A DNA stretch of 64,000 bases from a bacterium (lineage in GTDB: Bacteria > Electryoneota > Electryoneia > Electryoneales > Electryoneaceae), in contig OY769902.1 of NCBI GenBank assembly GCA_963669175.1, positions 2,400,001 through 2,464,000 of the forward strand, given 5' to 3'. A program made the position numbers and the translations under genes. Shown here piece after piece: positions 31,194 through 39,273 of this stretch; position 1 is the first letter of the stretch, and each line of letters begins with the position of its first letter. Under the pieces are notes generated by a model. That model was given only the letters and a program-made list of their open reading frames with translations, was not told where the DNA came from and searched no databases.

Positions 31194-31337
31194 ATGCTCT
31201 CATCCCAGCGACACAAACTGTTGCAGAATCACTGGTGCTCCTTTCATCCCAGCGAAGCAAACTGTCGCAGAATCACTGATGCTCTCATCCCAGCGACACA
31301 AACTGTCGCAGAATCACTGATGCTCTCATCCCAGCGA
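31194..31337. repeat. Tandem 41-44-bp repeat, 3 full units plus a partial
   Basis: Unit ATGCTCTCATCCCAGCGACACAAACTGT(C/T)GCAGAATCACTG starting at 31194, 31235 (variant), 31279 and 31320 (partial); no unique spacers. Confidence 0.9.
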
Positions 31338-31475
31338 AGGCTGGGATCCAGTCATATTGCGATTATAGAAAGAGGCTCAATACTCTCGCAAAGCAAGGTG
31401 CATTAGAAGTGATTGAGATTTTAACATGTTATAATGTCGATACCTGCCTGGATCCCAGCCTTCGCTGGGATGAGA
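31324..31475. repeat. 152-bp REP-doublet/MITE-like element with perfect 28-bp terminal inverted repeats
   Basis: TCTCATCCCAGCGAAGGCTGGGATCCAG (31324-31351) and its reverse complement (31448-31475). Each arm is itself palindromic. Confidence 0.85.
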
Positions 31476-31585
31476 TATCAACATTGAATGCCATCTCGGC
31501 ATATTCCATTCTTGTCTTTTCATAGTGATCAAAGAATGGCCGATTCTGCGCCAGCCTGCTAAACAGTCAGTCGGGCCAGACAATC

Positions 31586-31610
31586 TCCCGGCCAGGCATG
31601 GCCGGGCTAC
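31586..31610 (-). repeat. GTAG-type REP-like palindrome, copy 2 (inverted)
   Basis: The reverse complement reads GTAGCCCGGCCATGCCTGGCCGGGA, one mismatch from 30481-30505. Confidence 0.7.
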
Positions 31611-31626
31611 CCGCTGGCCAATAATG

Positions 31627-32319
31627 CTACCCCAGGTGAATCTGGTCCGCGTCGATTTTCACATTATGTTCAGCGATGGTGGTGATATCGCCGCCGTGAG
31701 TCGTCAGTTGTTCTTTGACCACGGTATGCTGGTTGCCGGCGTGGGTCTCGTCCATTTCTTCGATATCACGTCTGCTCCAGACAAACTTGGCGCTCAGGTC
31801 ACGGACAAATGTATCGACAAATTCCGCCGCAGCTTTCACATGGTCCATCTGGCTACGAACAAAGTTGCCGAAGAAATCAAAACGGTCGAATACGGCGCGT
31901 CCCCTGTCCGCATGCAGCGTCAGCTCATCGCTGGTCACCTGGATCTGTTCACTGGCGGCAATGGAAACAGCTTGCGCGGAAGACAACTCCAGGTCGCCGG
32001 CATCGGTATGCAGATGCGCCCCGGTCGGGAAACGCAACAGAGCAGGATCGGTTTCCGATTCACGTTCCAGCACGGCAAGTACGAAGTTCGGTTCACCTGT
32101 GCTGATGAGTACCGTATCGCCCTCGGACGGTTGCAACAGGCAGCTTGCAGCGAGGTAACATTTGCCGATACCCGCATCGGTACGCACCAGGAAAAGTCCG
32201 TTTTCATGCCCGATAACAGTACCGTGTTCCAGCCGTACGACTGTCTGTGCCGGAGTCGTGAGGATCGCATCCATGAGCGTGTCCTCCTTGTCTATCGAAA
32301 GGTTGTTCTGGTCGTTCAT
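31627..32319 (-). CDS. DUF3540 protein (TagC-like T6SS accessory)
   Basis: AASCLLQPSEGDTVLI...FVLAVLER signature; C-terminal KIDADQIHLG. Confidence 0.88.
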   Translation of the reverse strand: MNDQNNLSIDKEDTLMDAILTTPAQTVVRLEHGTVIGHENGLFLVRTDAGIGKCYLAASCLLQPSEGDTVLISTGEPNFVLAVLERESETDPALLRFPTGAHLHTDAGDLELSSAQAVSIAASEQIQVTSDELTLHADRGRAVFDRFDFFGNFVRSQMDHVKAAAEFVDTFVRDLSAKFVWSRRDIEEMDETHAGNQHTVVKEQLTTHGGDITTIAEHNVKIDADQIHLG

Positions 32320-33371
32320 GAGTTCACCTCAAAATCTTCTGCTTTCTGCAACTCTTTGTTGGTGCCCAGCGCCATGTTCTTGTTGGAACCATCCCAGATT
32401 GTTTTGTCCTGCTTGATGCGGTGCAGGTTGGCACGGTTCAGCTTGGTTTTGCTCAGGTTTGCGCCGGACAGGTCCGAATGTGACATATCCGCGTATTCCA
32501 TGTTACAGCCGCTGAAATTGGTGTTGCTGCACAGCGCAAGTTTTATCTGTGCCTGGTACAGGTTCGTACCGGAAAAATCAGCCGTAGTCAGGTCCGCTTC
32601 GCCCAGGCTCACACTTGGCAGGTCAGCGTTTTTCAACGAAGCGCCTTTCATTTTGCATCCGTGAAAAACAACAGCTTTACCCTTGGCATCATCGAAGGTT
32701 GCGCCTTCCAGATTACTCTCGATGAAATTCGCCTGTTGAATCGTTGCCCCGGTAAAAACAGCGCCTGAGAAGTTGGCTTTATGGGCCTGAACCATCCAGA
32801 AACGGTTGTCGCTGAAATCATAACCGGACAGGTCCATTTTGTTCAGAACGGTACGGTCATAGGTACAATGATCCAACACCAGGCCGTCTGTCACAGCCTT
32901 GTAAAAAACGGTACGTTTCAGATCGGCTTTCAGGAATTGCGTGTTGGTCAAAATGGTTTTAAAGAAAACGGCAAAGTACGCGTCGGTTTCCTCGAATATG
33001 GCATCAGTCAGATCCGCCTTGCCGAAATTGGTATGATGTGTTTTTGACTTGGTGAAGTTCGCGCCGACAAGGTTGGCCTTGACCAGGTTGGTCAGGCGCA
33101 GGTTCGAACGTCTGAAGCTGGCGCGTGGCGCGTTCATCTTGAACCAGTTTGCCTTCTCCAAATCAACATCTTCAATAATCGCTTCGGTCAGGTCGCATTT
33201 CCGGAAGGCTGCTCCTTTGATCTTTGATCCGGACAGGTTCGCACCGGTCAGGTTGCAGCTCATGAACGCCGCTCCGGTCAGGTCCATCCCGGATAAATCC
33301 ATCCCGGTCAAATCCTGCTTTTCGACAAAATCCCCTTCCCGGGTGATTTCCATGATCTCTTCGCGGGTCAT
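32316..33371 (-). CDS. Pentapeptide-repeat protein (TagB-like)
   Basis: Almost entirely A(D/N)(L/F)xx repeats; 4-nt overlaps with both neighbours. Confidence 0.92.
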   Translation of the reverse strand: MTREEIMEITREGDFVEKQDLTGMDLSGMDLTGAAFMSCNLTGANLSGSKIKGAAFRKCDLTEAIIEDVDLEKANWFKMNAPRASFRRSNLRLTNLVKANLVGANFTKSKTHHTNFGKADLTDAIFEETDAYFAVFFKTILTNTQFLKADLKRTVFYKAVTDGLVLDHCTYDRTVLNKMDLSGYDFSDNRFWMVQAHKANFSGAVFTGATIQQANFIESNLEGATFDDAKGKAVVFHGCKMKGASLKNADLPSVSLGEADLTTADFSGTNLYQAQIKLALCSNTNFSGCNMEYADMSHSDLSGANLSKTKLNRANLHRIKQDKTIWDGSNKNMALGTNKELQKAEDFEVNS

Positions 33372-36300
33372 GATTTCTCCTCCCCGGATGGCAACAGATC
33401 CGTACGACCGTCCAACTTGGTCATTTTCAGGTTCGCCCCCTTGAAATTGGTATCGCCAACCTTGGCGCTCATAAACTCAGAACCGTACAGGTTGGCATTG
33501 GACAGATCCGCGTTGGTAAGTGTCGCTTTCCTGAACGAGCCCAGGTGGATATTCGCGCCTTTCAGATCTGCCCCGGTCAAATCGCTCTTGGGAAACTTGG
33601 TCGCCGGGGCCGGGATAGCGCCGAACTTTGCACCAGGCATGCGTACCGTATCAAAAGTCGTGTTCTTCATTTTCGAGCCGGTGAAATCCGCGTCGGGCAG
33701 ATCGCAATGACGCCAATGCGCCTTGTTCAGCGTGATGCCGGTAAAATCCGGTTTCTTCAGCTCGGATTCACCGCCGATACGGCTGTTGAACATATCCGCG
33801 CCCTTGAAAGACACCGTCTCGCCCTGGGTATTCCAGATCAGGGTTTTGTGCATGGTCGCCTTGTCAAAGACCACTTTATCCATCTTGCTCTGGAACAGTT
33901 TTGCACCGCTGATATCGCCCTCGCTGAAGTTGGATTCAGCGAAATCGGCGTTGGTCAGGAGCGCCTTGGGCACCTTTGCCTTGGTGAAGTTGACCTTTTT
34001 GCAGGTCGCGCCGTCAAAAATGGCTGACGTGGCATCGGCTTCTGAGAAATTGGCTTCAGTCAGGTCGGCATCCTTGAAGATGGCGCGTGTCGCCTTGGTC
34101 TTGGACAGGTTCGCGCCGGGCATTTTCGCTTTCATAAAGACAGCGCTTTCAATCGAGGCGCCTGCCAGGCTTGCCCCGGTCAAGTCCGCTTCCAGCGCTT
34201 TGGCCTTGGTCAGGTCAGCGCCATCCAGCTTGGTGTTCTGCAGGTTGGTATTCAGCAGTTTGCCGTTTTTCATGTCCGCGCCGGAAAGGTCCAGGTTAGA
34301 CAGATCCAGGTTGCTCATCTGGCGTCCGGCCAGGCTTTTACCATCCTTGTGCATCTGGATGACATCTTCACGGGTCAACGGGCCGCAATCATTCAAATCC
34401 TTGCCATGTTTGGCTGCAAGCGCCACAGCCCACTCCGGAAGCGGCAACTTCCCGCCGCCTTTTTCCTTCAAGGCTTTCATGTTGGCCAGCTTGGCCATGC
34501 CCTTGTCGTGACGATCTTTCGATTTCGCCAGCAGGGCGGCGTGTTTGTCAGCCTGGGCGTCTATTTTCGCTTCCAGATCAGGTGTCAGCTTGCCGTGTTT
34601 TTTCAACGAGGCTTTCACCTGCTTGACATTGTCTTCGCTTCCTTTCTTGAGTGCGGCGAAGGGATCATGATCCTTGGGCGGCGGTTGCTTTGCTGCTGCC
34701 AGCATTTTGTCCGCGTCCACTGCGCCGTGCTTCGATACCGCTTTCTTGATATGTTCATCGGTTTGATCACGTTTGGCGGCAAGGGCGGATTTCAGCGCAT
34801 CCCCCTGTTTCTTCATATCTGCTATCGTGTAATCCGCTACGGCTTTCGGTCCGGCAGCACGCACTTCTGGTGGGGGAGTGTTCAGCTTCAGGGTCACCGG
34901 GTTGACCGGCTTCTGCCCATGCGCCGCGATCAGCTTCTGTTTCAGTTGCGGGGGAACCTTGTCATTCTTGAGCATCTCTTCGAAGAAAGATTTCTTTTCA
35001 GCCTTGGCCGCAGCCTTCTTGGTAGCTGCCTTGGCCTGCAACGCCTGTCCTTTTGCCGCCACTTTGCTCATTTTATCGATGGATTTGCTCATCCGTGCGA
35101 ATGAAGCCCTGACCTTCTTCTTATTGACCGGCACATGCGGTGCAATTTCATCTTTCACTTTCATTGTGGTTTCAAAGGAGGCTGAAATTCCTGCCAGCAC
35201 TCCAGCCATTTTCGCTGCCAGCGCCTGGGGATCGAAATTGGGATCCGGTTTGGAAAAGTTGAGACTGAGCAATTGATCCTTTTTCGCTTCCAGTTTTGCT
35301 TTTACCTCAGCGACTTTGACTTTGATATCTTCCGCGTCCTTCTTCGCAGCTTCTATCTTTTCCATGTCGATATCAACCGCACGATCCAGCTTTTTACGCA
35401 AGGCCGCCAGGTATTCTTCCATGGGTTTGGCTGGATCGGCCTGGCTTTCACAGTTCATATGAATGACAGCCACATCCAGCGCTTCGCTGTCCATAACTTC
35501 GGCCATGCCACGGCTGATCAGGATGCCCCGCTCATGATGAGGGAACAGCCAGACCGTGTCCATGTCCATCTTGATTTCCTTATACAGGAAAGGCGCATCG
35601 GCCGGCACAGGATGCGGCGCTTCCGTCTGGTCCGGGGTCTGGAATACGAAAATGCGCGGACGGATGCGTGGGACATTACCACCAACCACCGGTTTGTCCG
35701 GGTGCATACGGATACATTCGAACGGTTCGCCACCTTTCAGATAACCGGGCAACCACTGATCCGTAGGGGCGGCATTGAAGAAGGTCCAGTCCATATCTTC
35801 CGGGTAATAGGGGAAGCGTGTCCTGAACCAGGTATTATCATAGGTACCCAGTTTTTTCTGACGATAGGGATGCATGAAATCAAGCGGGGTGAATAGCGCC
35901 GGATCGGGTTTGTCCGAGGGCGCGCCGATCAGACGTCCGGGCAATTCAACATTGGGCAATGGAAGCAGTTGTTTATCGTTGCCCACATCCACCGGGACAG
36001 TTCCCTTGCCCATCATGTTTCGGGCATCTTCCGGCCCACCAAAAGCATGGGCCGCATCAACCGGCATTTCCGTAAATGGTTCAGGGTCCGTGATTACTGT
36101 AACACCAGCCGTATCCTTCCAATAGCGATCACCGAAAACCTGGAGTTTCTTCTCTACCGGTCCGAACCGGAATTCGACTTCCGATGCCGGAACCGGGGTT
36201 CCGCCGGTTGCATAGCAGTTGCCCTTGACCAAGACTTCGGCGGTCGTTTTCGGCATGCCATGATCCAGGGGGGAATCCGGGATCTCAGCAGGGACCAGCT

Positions 36301-36442
36301 TCCACAAATCCTGTTCCTGTAGCAGAGTCTTGGGGTCATCAAAGGCAAAGAAAACCAGGTGGCTGATGACCATATAGTGCTTATCCTGAATACCGAAATA
36401 GTTCAACAGGATGGACTGATCGTTTTCTTTGATGACTTTCAT
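33368..36442 (-). CDS. DUF2169 T6SS adaptor fused to a Lys/Ala-rich linker and pentapeptide repeats (TagAB-like)
   Basis: DHGMPK..AEVLV.G; VFGDRYW; AFGG; GTYD..W...RFP..P.D.DW.FFN.AP.DQ; MDTVWLFP; C-terminal ~300 aa of pentapeptide repeats. Confidence 0.9.
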   Translation of the reverse strand: MKVIKENDQSILLNYFGIQDKHYMVISHLVFFAFDDPKTLLQEQDLWKLVPAEIPDSPLDHGMPKTTAEVLVKGNCYATGGTPVPASEVEFRFGPVEKKLQVFGDRYWKDTAGVTVITDPEPFTEMPVDAAHAFGGPEDARNMMGKGTVPVDVGNDKQLLPLPNVELPGRLIGAPSDKPDPALFTPLDFMHPYRQKKLGTYDNTWFRTRFPYYPEDMDWTFFNAAPTDQWLPGYLKGGEPFECIRMHPDKPVVGGNVPRIRPRIFVFQTPDQTEAPHPVPADAPFLYKEIKMDMDTVWLFPHHERGILISRGMAEVMDSEALDVAVIHMNCESQADPAKPMEEYLAALRKKLDRAVDIDMEKIEAAKKDAEDIKVKVAEVKAKLEAKKDQLLSLNFSKPDPNFDPQALAAKMAGVLAGISASFETTMKVKDEIAPHVPVNKKKVRASFARMSKSIDKMSKVAAKGQALQAKAATKKAAAKAEKKSFFEEMLKNDKVPPQLKQKLIAAHGQKPVNPVTLKLNTPPPEVRAAGPKAVADYTIADMKKQGDALKSALAAKRDQTDEHIKKAVSKHGAVDADKMLAAAKQPPPKDHDPFAALKKGSEDNVKQVKASLKKHGKLTPDLEAKIDAQADKHAALLAKSKDRHDKGMAKLANMKALKEKGGGKLPLPEWAVALAAKHGKDLNDCGPLTREDVIQMHKDGKSLAGRQMSNLDLSNLDLSGADMKNGKLLNTNLQNTKLDGADLTKAKALEADLTGASLAGASIESAVFMKAKMPGANLSKTKATRAIFKDADLTEANFSEADATSAIFDGATCKKVNFTKAKVPKALLTNADFAESNFSEGDISGAKLFQSKMDKVVFDKATMHKTLIWNTQGETVSFKGADMFNSRIGGESELKKPDFTGITLNKAHWRHCDLPDADFTGSKMKNTTFDTVRMPGAKFGAIPAPATKFPKSDLTGADLKGANIHLGSFRKATLTNADLSNANLYGSEFMSAKVGDTNFKGANLKMTKLDGRTDLLPSGEEKS

Positions 36443-36480
36443 GAAAATCCTCTATCAAGGTCCACTAGTGAATGGATCCA

Positions 36481-39270
36481 CTAGAGCTTGGCCGTTACGG
36501 TATCAACTGTTTTGAGACTTACTTCGGCTTCATGTGTAAGCAACGTCGCCACACGTTGTGTCAGCGCTTCCATCTCTTGCTGCATTTCGCTGGTTTGTTG
36601 CTTGATCAGGTCAACATCCTGCCGTAACGCATGGATTTCCTGACCGCTTTCCATGATTCTCTCAAAGATGGTAAAGGAATGCAGACGGGAAGCCTCTCCT
36701 TTCGAAACCTCTTGGTTTGCCTCGGTGACAATTGGGCTCAGGTCTGAGGCGGCGCCATTCATCTGGCTCTCTTCTTCGGTCAGCTCGTCAATGGCTCCGG
36801 CTACTGTATCCTTTTCACCATCGGCAGTCGTTGTGGCTTCGGCCAGCCTGGTGTTGAGTTCGTTGATTTCCTGCTGCATCTCATCAATCTTTTCGCTGGT
36901 TTCATGCATCTTTTCATGAGCAGCATGAACATCCTCTTTTTCAAACTTCATTTCCTTGAAGTCAAATTTGTATTCATTGGCAAAACCGCTTACCATTTTG
37001 AGAAAATGCCCGAGATTTACACGTTCTTCCAGCGCACCCACGAAAGCAAATTCATTAAGAATCACTATCTTTATATAGACACCGCAGTGTATGGTAAACT
37101 CACCTTTGGTGTTGATGATAACGCCACGTTTTTCGGCCTCTTCTTCTTCCTCATCTTCGTCTTCGTCTTCGTCTTCGTCTTCTTCCTCCTCGTCATCATC
37201 ATCGTCGTCGTCGTCATCATCATCATCATCATCGCCATCATCGCCACCGTCGTCATCACCACCGTCGTCATCGCCGCCGTCGTCGTCGCCACCGTCGTCA
37301 TCGCCACCGTCGTCATCGCCGCCGTCGTCATCGCCGCCGTCGTCATCGCCGCCGTCGTCATCGCCGCCGTCGTCATCGCCGCCGTCGTCATCGCCGCCGT
37401 CGTCATCACCGCCGTCGTCATCGCCGCCGTCGTCATCACCGCCGTCGTCACCTTCGTCGCCGCCACCGCCGTCATCGCCGCCGTCGTCATCGTCGCCGTC
37501 GTCATCGCCACCGTCGTCATCGCCACCGTCACCACCTTCGTCGCCGCCACCGCCGTCACCGTCTCCATCATCCCCGGGGTTATCCAAGCTCCCTTCATCG
37601 TCATCATCTTCCGGGGCTGTGGTATCCATGGCCGAGACACTTTGATTTGACGGTTTATCATAAGCTCCTTGTGCAGGTGAAGCATTATCTGGACTGGAGT
37701 CGGAATCGTCGTCATCTCCTCGCGGATCGAATTTGTAGCCGATGGTCATGAATGTCTTCTGGTTGGGGACATGGAGGTGCATATGTTGGGAGCCCTCTTT
37801 GTCCTCCATGTGCATTTCATTTCCCGATCCTGTTTTCATCTTGCCCTGGGTCTGGTTGTCACCGGTGACCATACTGGCTGTTTCCGGGTTGGGCACCGTG
37901 CCAAGGATTACTGGTTTATCGGGATTACCGTCGATAAATCCTATTGTTACTTCGGTATCTTTGTGGAGTGGGAAATGCCAGCCGTGATCTGATCCTGCGT
38001 ACGGTTGCATCATTCGTAAATAACAACTTGCTTTCCCGCCGCTGAGTCCTGACTGATCAAAGGGCATTTTTACCTTGTAGCGTCCCTGCTCATCCAGTTC
38101 CGCATATTTCCCGCTTCCGGCAGCATCAATCTTTGCCTGAATTGTTCCATATACCCTGGTTGCATCTGTTTTCTTTTCAGGACGAAACTGCACTTCTGCC
38201 GGGATTGCGGTAAAACGGCAACTGAAGCGCTGTTTCTGCTCGCCGTCGCCATCATTCACGCTGACTCCGTCCAGTAGGTGGATAGCATGGCTTCCTTCCA
38301 GATGGACATCAGTGACCATATAGCTCCGGTTCATGTCCTCCCGGAAGTGATCAAACAGGGTGAAGGTAAAACCGGTACGGATTCCTGTTGCTGTGCTTTC
38401 GCCATGATAGAGGTCGCGACGACACAACCATTCTTCACGTCGGATCCTGGCCAGACGATTGCCTTGATCAGGGGTCTTAAAATTCTCGCCATATGAGTAC
38501 ACCATCCCCATTCCGGCCGCATCAATAGCTGATTCGGCTGTCAGGTCCAGCAACGGGGTTTCGTAGTTATACCCCTTGAGCTGAACTTTGCCCGGGATGA
38601 GACGACGCTTGTGACGGAAATTGAGGATTACCTGCTCACGTTGGAGTGTGTCCATCCCTGAAGGGGGGGAGTAGCGCAGTTGAGGCGTCTGGGCAACCGG
38701 CTTGTGAGCAATGCGGGTGTCGGTGAAAACAACACGCTCAACCGGACCATCCTGCTCGAAGAAATAATAAATGCCTTCAAACTCAAGCCATCTGTGCAGG
38801 AAATGCAGGTGGCTTTCATTGTACTGGCAAACATATTCATACGTTGGATACTCATTTTGCAGTCGGATGTCGTAATCCTGACGGGTGAATTTTGCGTCTT
38901 TCAGGATATCTTCCAGAATCTGCTTGATGGATTTGTTGAGAAAGATCTGGTTGTGGCGTGTATTGGCCAACCACCAGAGACGTGGAACAAGCTGTACTTC
39001 ATAGAGGTATTTGTCCTTCAATTCCCTGAGATGTAACGCAGAAGCGGTGATGCCATGATAGTGAATATCTTCTGTCGCTGTCTTGATTGTGATCGTGGCA
39101 TGCTGATTTACCACCGAATCCAAGTCTATATCCGGATTGTCAGAGATCAATGTGAGCGTGAACTCGTACGGCACAGAGAGCGCTTCACGCCCTTTCAGGT
39201 CAACGACTGTAAACGTGTTGGCTGGCAGTTTCCCGACGGAAAAATCAAATATTTTATCAGTACTCAGCAC
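36481..39270 (-). CDS. vgrG: VgrG/TssI spike protein 3 with Asp/Gly/Glu-rich insertion and heptad tail
   Basis: G.EALS.PY.F; QYNESHLHF..RWLE.EGIYYFF; YNYETP; ELDEQGRYKV..PFD; MQPYAG...HFPL...TEV...F..G.PD.P.I.G. Confidence 0.92.
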   Translation of the reverse strand: MLSTDKIFDFSVGKLPANTFTVVDLKGREALSVPYEFTLTLISDNPDIDLDSVVNQHATITIKTATEDIHYHGITASALHLRELKDKYLYEVQLVPRLWWLANTRHNQIFLNKSIKQILEDILKDAKFTRQDYDIRLQNEYPTYEYVCQYNESHLHFLHRWLEFEGIYYFFEQDGPVERVVFTDTRIAHKPVAQTPQLRYSPPSGMDTLQREQVILNFRHKRRLIPGKVQLKGYNYETPLLDLTAESAIDAAGMGMVYSYGENFKTPDQGNRLARIRREEWLCRRDLYHGESTATGIRTGFTFTLFDHFREDMNRSYMVTDVHLEGSHAIHLLDGVSVNDGDGEQKQRFSCRFTAIPAEVQFRPEKKTDATRVYGTIQAKIDAAGSGKYAELDEQGRYKVKMPFDQSGLSGGKASCYLRMMQPYAGSDHGWHFPLHKDTEVTIGFIDGNPDKPVILGTVPNPETASMVTGDNQTQGKMKTGSGNEMHMEDKEGSQHMHLHVPNQKTFMTIGYKFDPRGDDDDSDSSPDNASPAQGAYDKPSNQSVSAMDTTAPEDDDDEGSLDNPGDDGDGDGGGGDEGGDGGDDDGGDDDGDDDDGGDDGGGGDEGDDGGDDDGGDDDGGDDDGGDDDGGDDDGGDDDGGDDDGGDDDGGDDDGGDDDGGDDDGGDDDGGDDDGGDDGDDDDDDDDDDDDDDEEEEDEDEDEDEDEEEEEAEKRGVIINTKGEFTIHCGVYIKIVILNEFAFVGALEERVNLGHFLKMVSGFANEYKFDFKEMKFEKEDVHAAHEKMHETSEKIDEMQQEINELNTRLAEATTTADGEKDTVAGAIDELTEEESQMNGAASDLSPIVTEANQEVSKGEASRLHSFTIFERIMESGQEIHALRQDVDLIKQQTSEMQQEMEALTQRVATLLTHEAEVSLKTVDTVTAKL
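37140..37560. repeat. Coding low-complexity tandem repeat (15-bp unit encoding GGDDD, then poly-Asp and ED tracts)
   Basis: Repeated GCCGTCGTCATCGCC on the + strand; translates on the - strand as (GGDDD)n-Dn-(ED)n-En inside vgrG3. Confidence 0.95.
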
Positions 39271-39273
39271 TTT

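Noticed and set aside
31194-31351. Possible mini CRISPR array
   Set aside because: The units are contiguous near-identical tandem copies with no unique spacers, and there are no cas genes in the window.
31525-32664. 379-aa plus-strand ORF
   Set aside because: Antisense to the well-supported DUF3540 and pentapeptide genes; no recognisable features.
36904-37715. Poly-Ser/Pro, Val/Ile/Ala and Met/Thr/Ala ORFs
   Set aside because: Alternative frames of the GGDDD repeat inside vgrG3.
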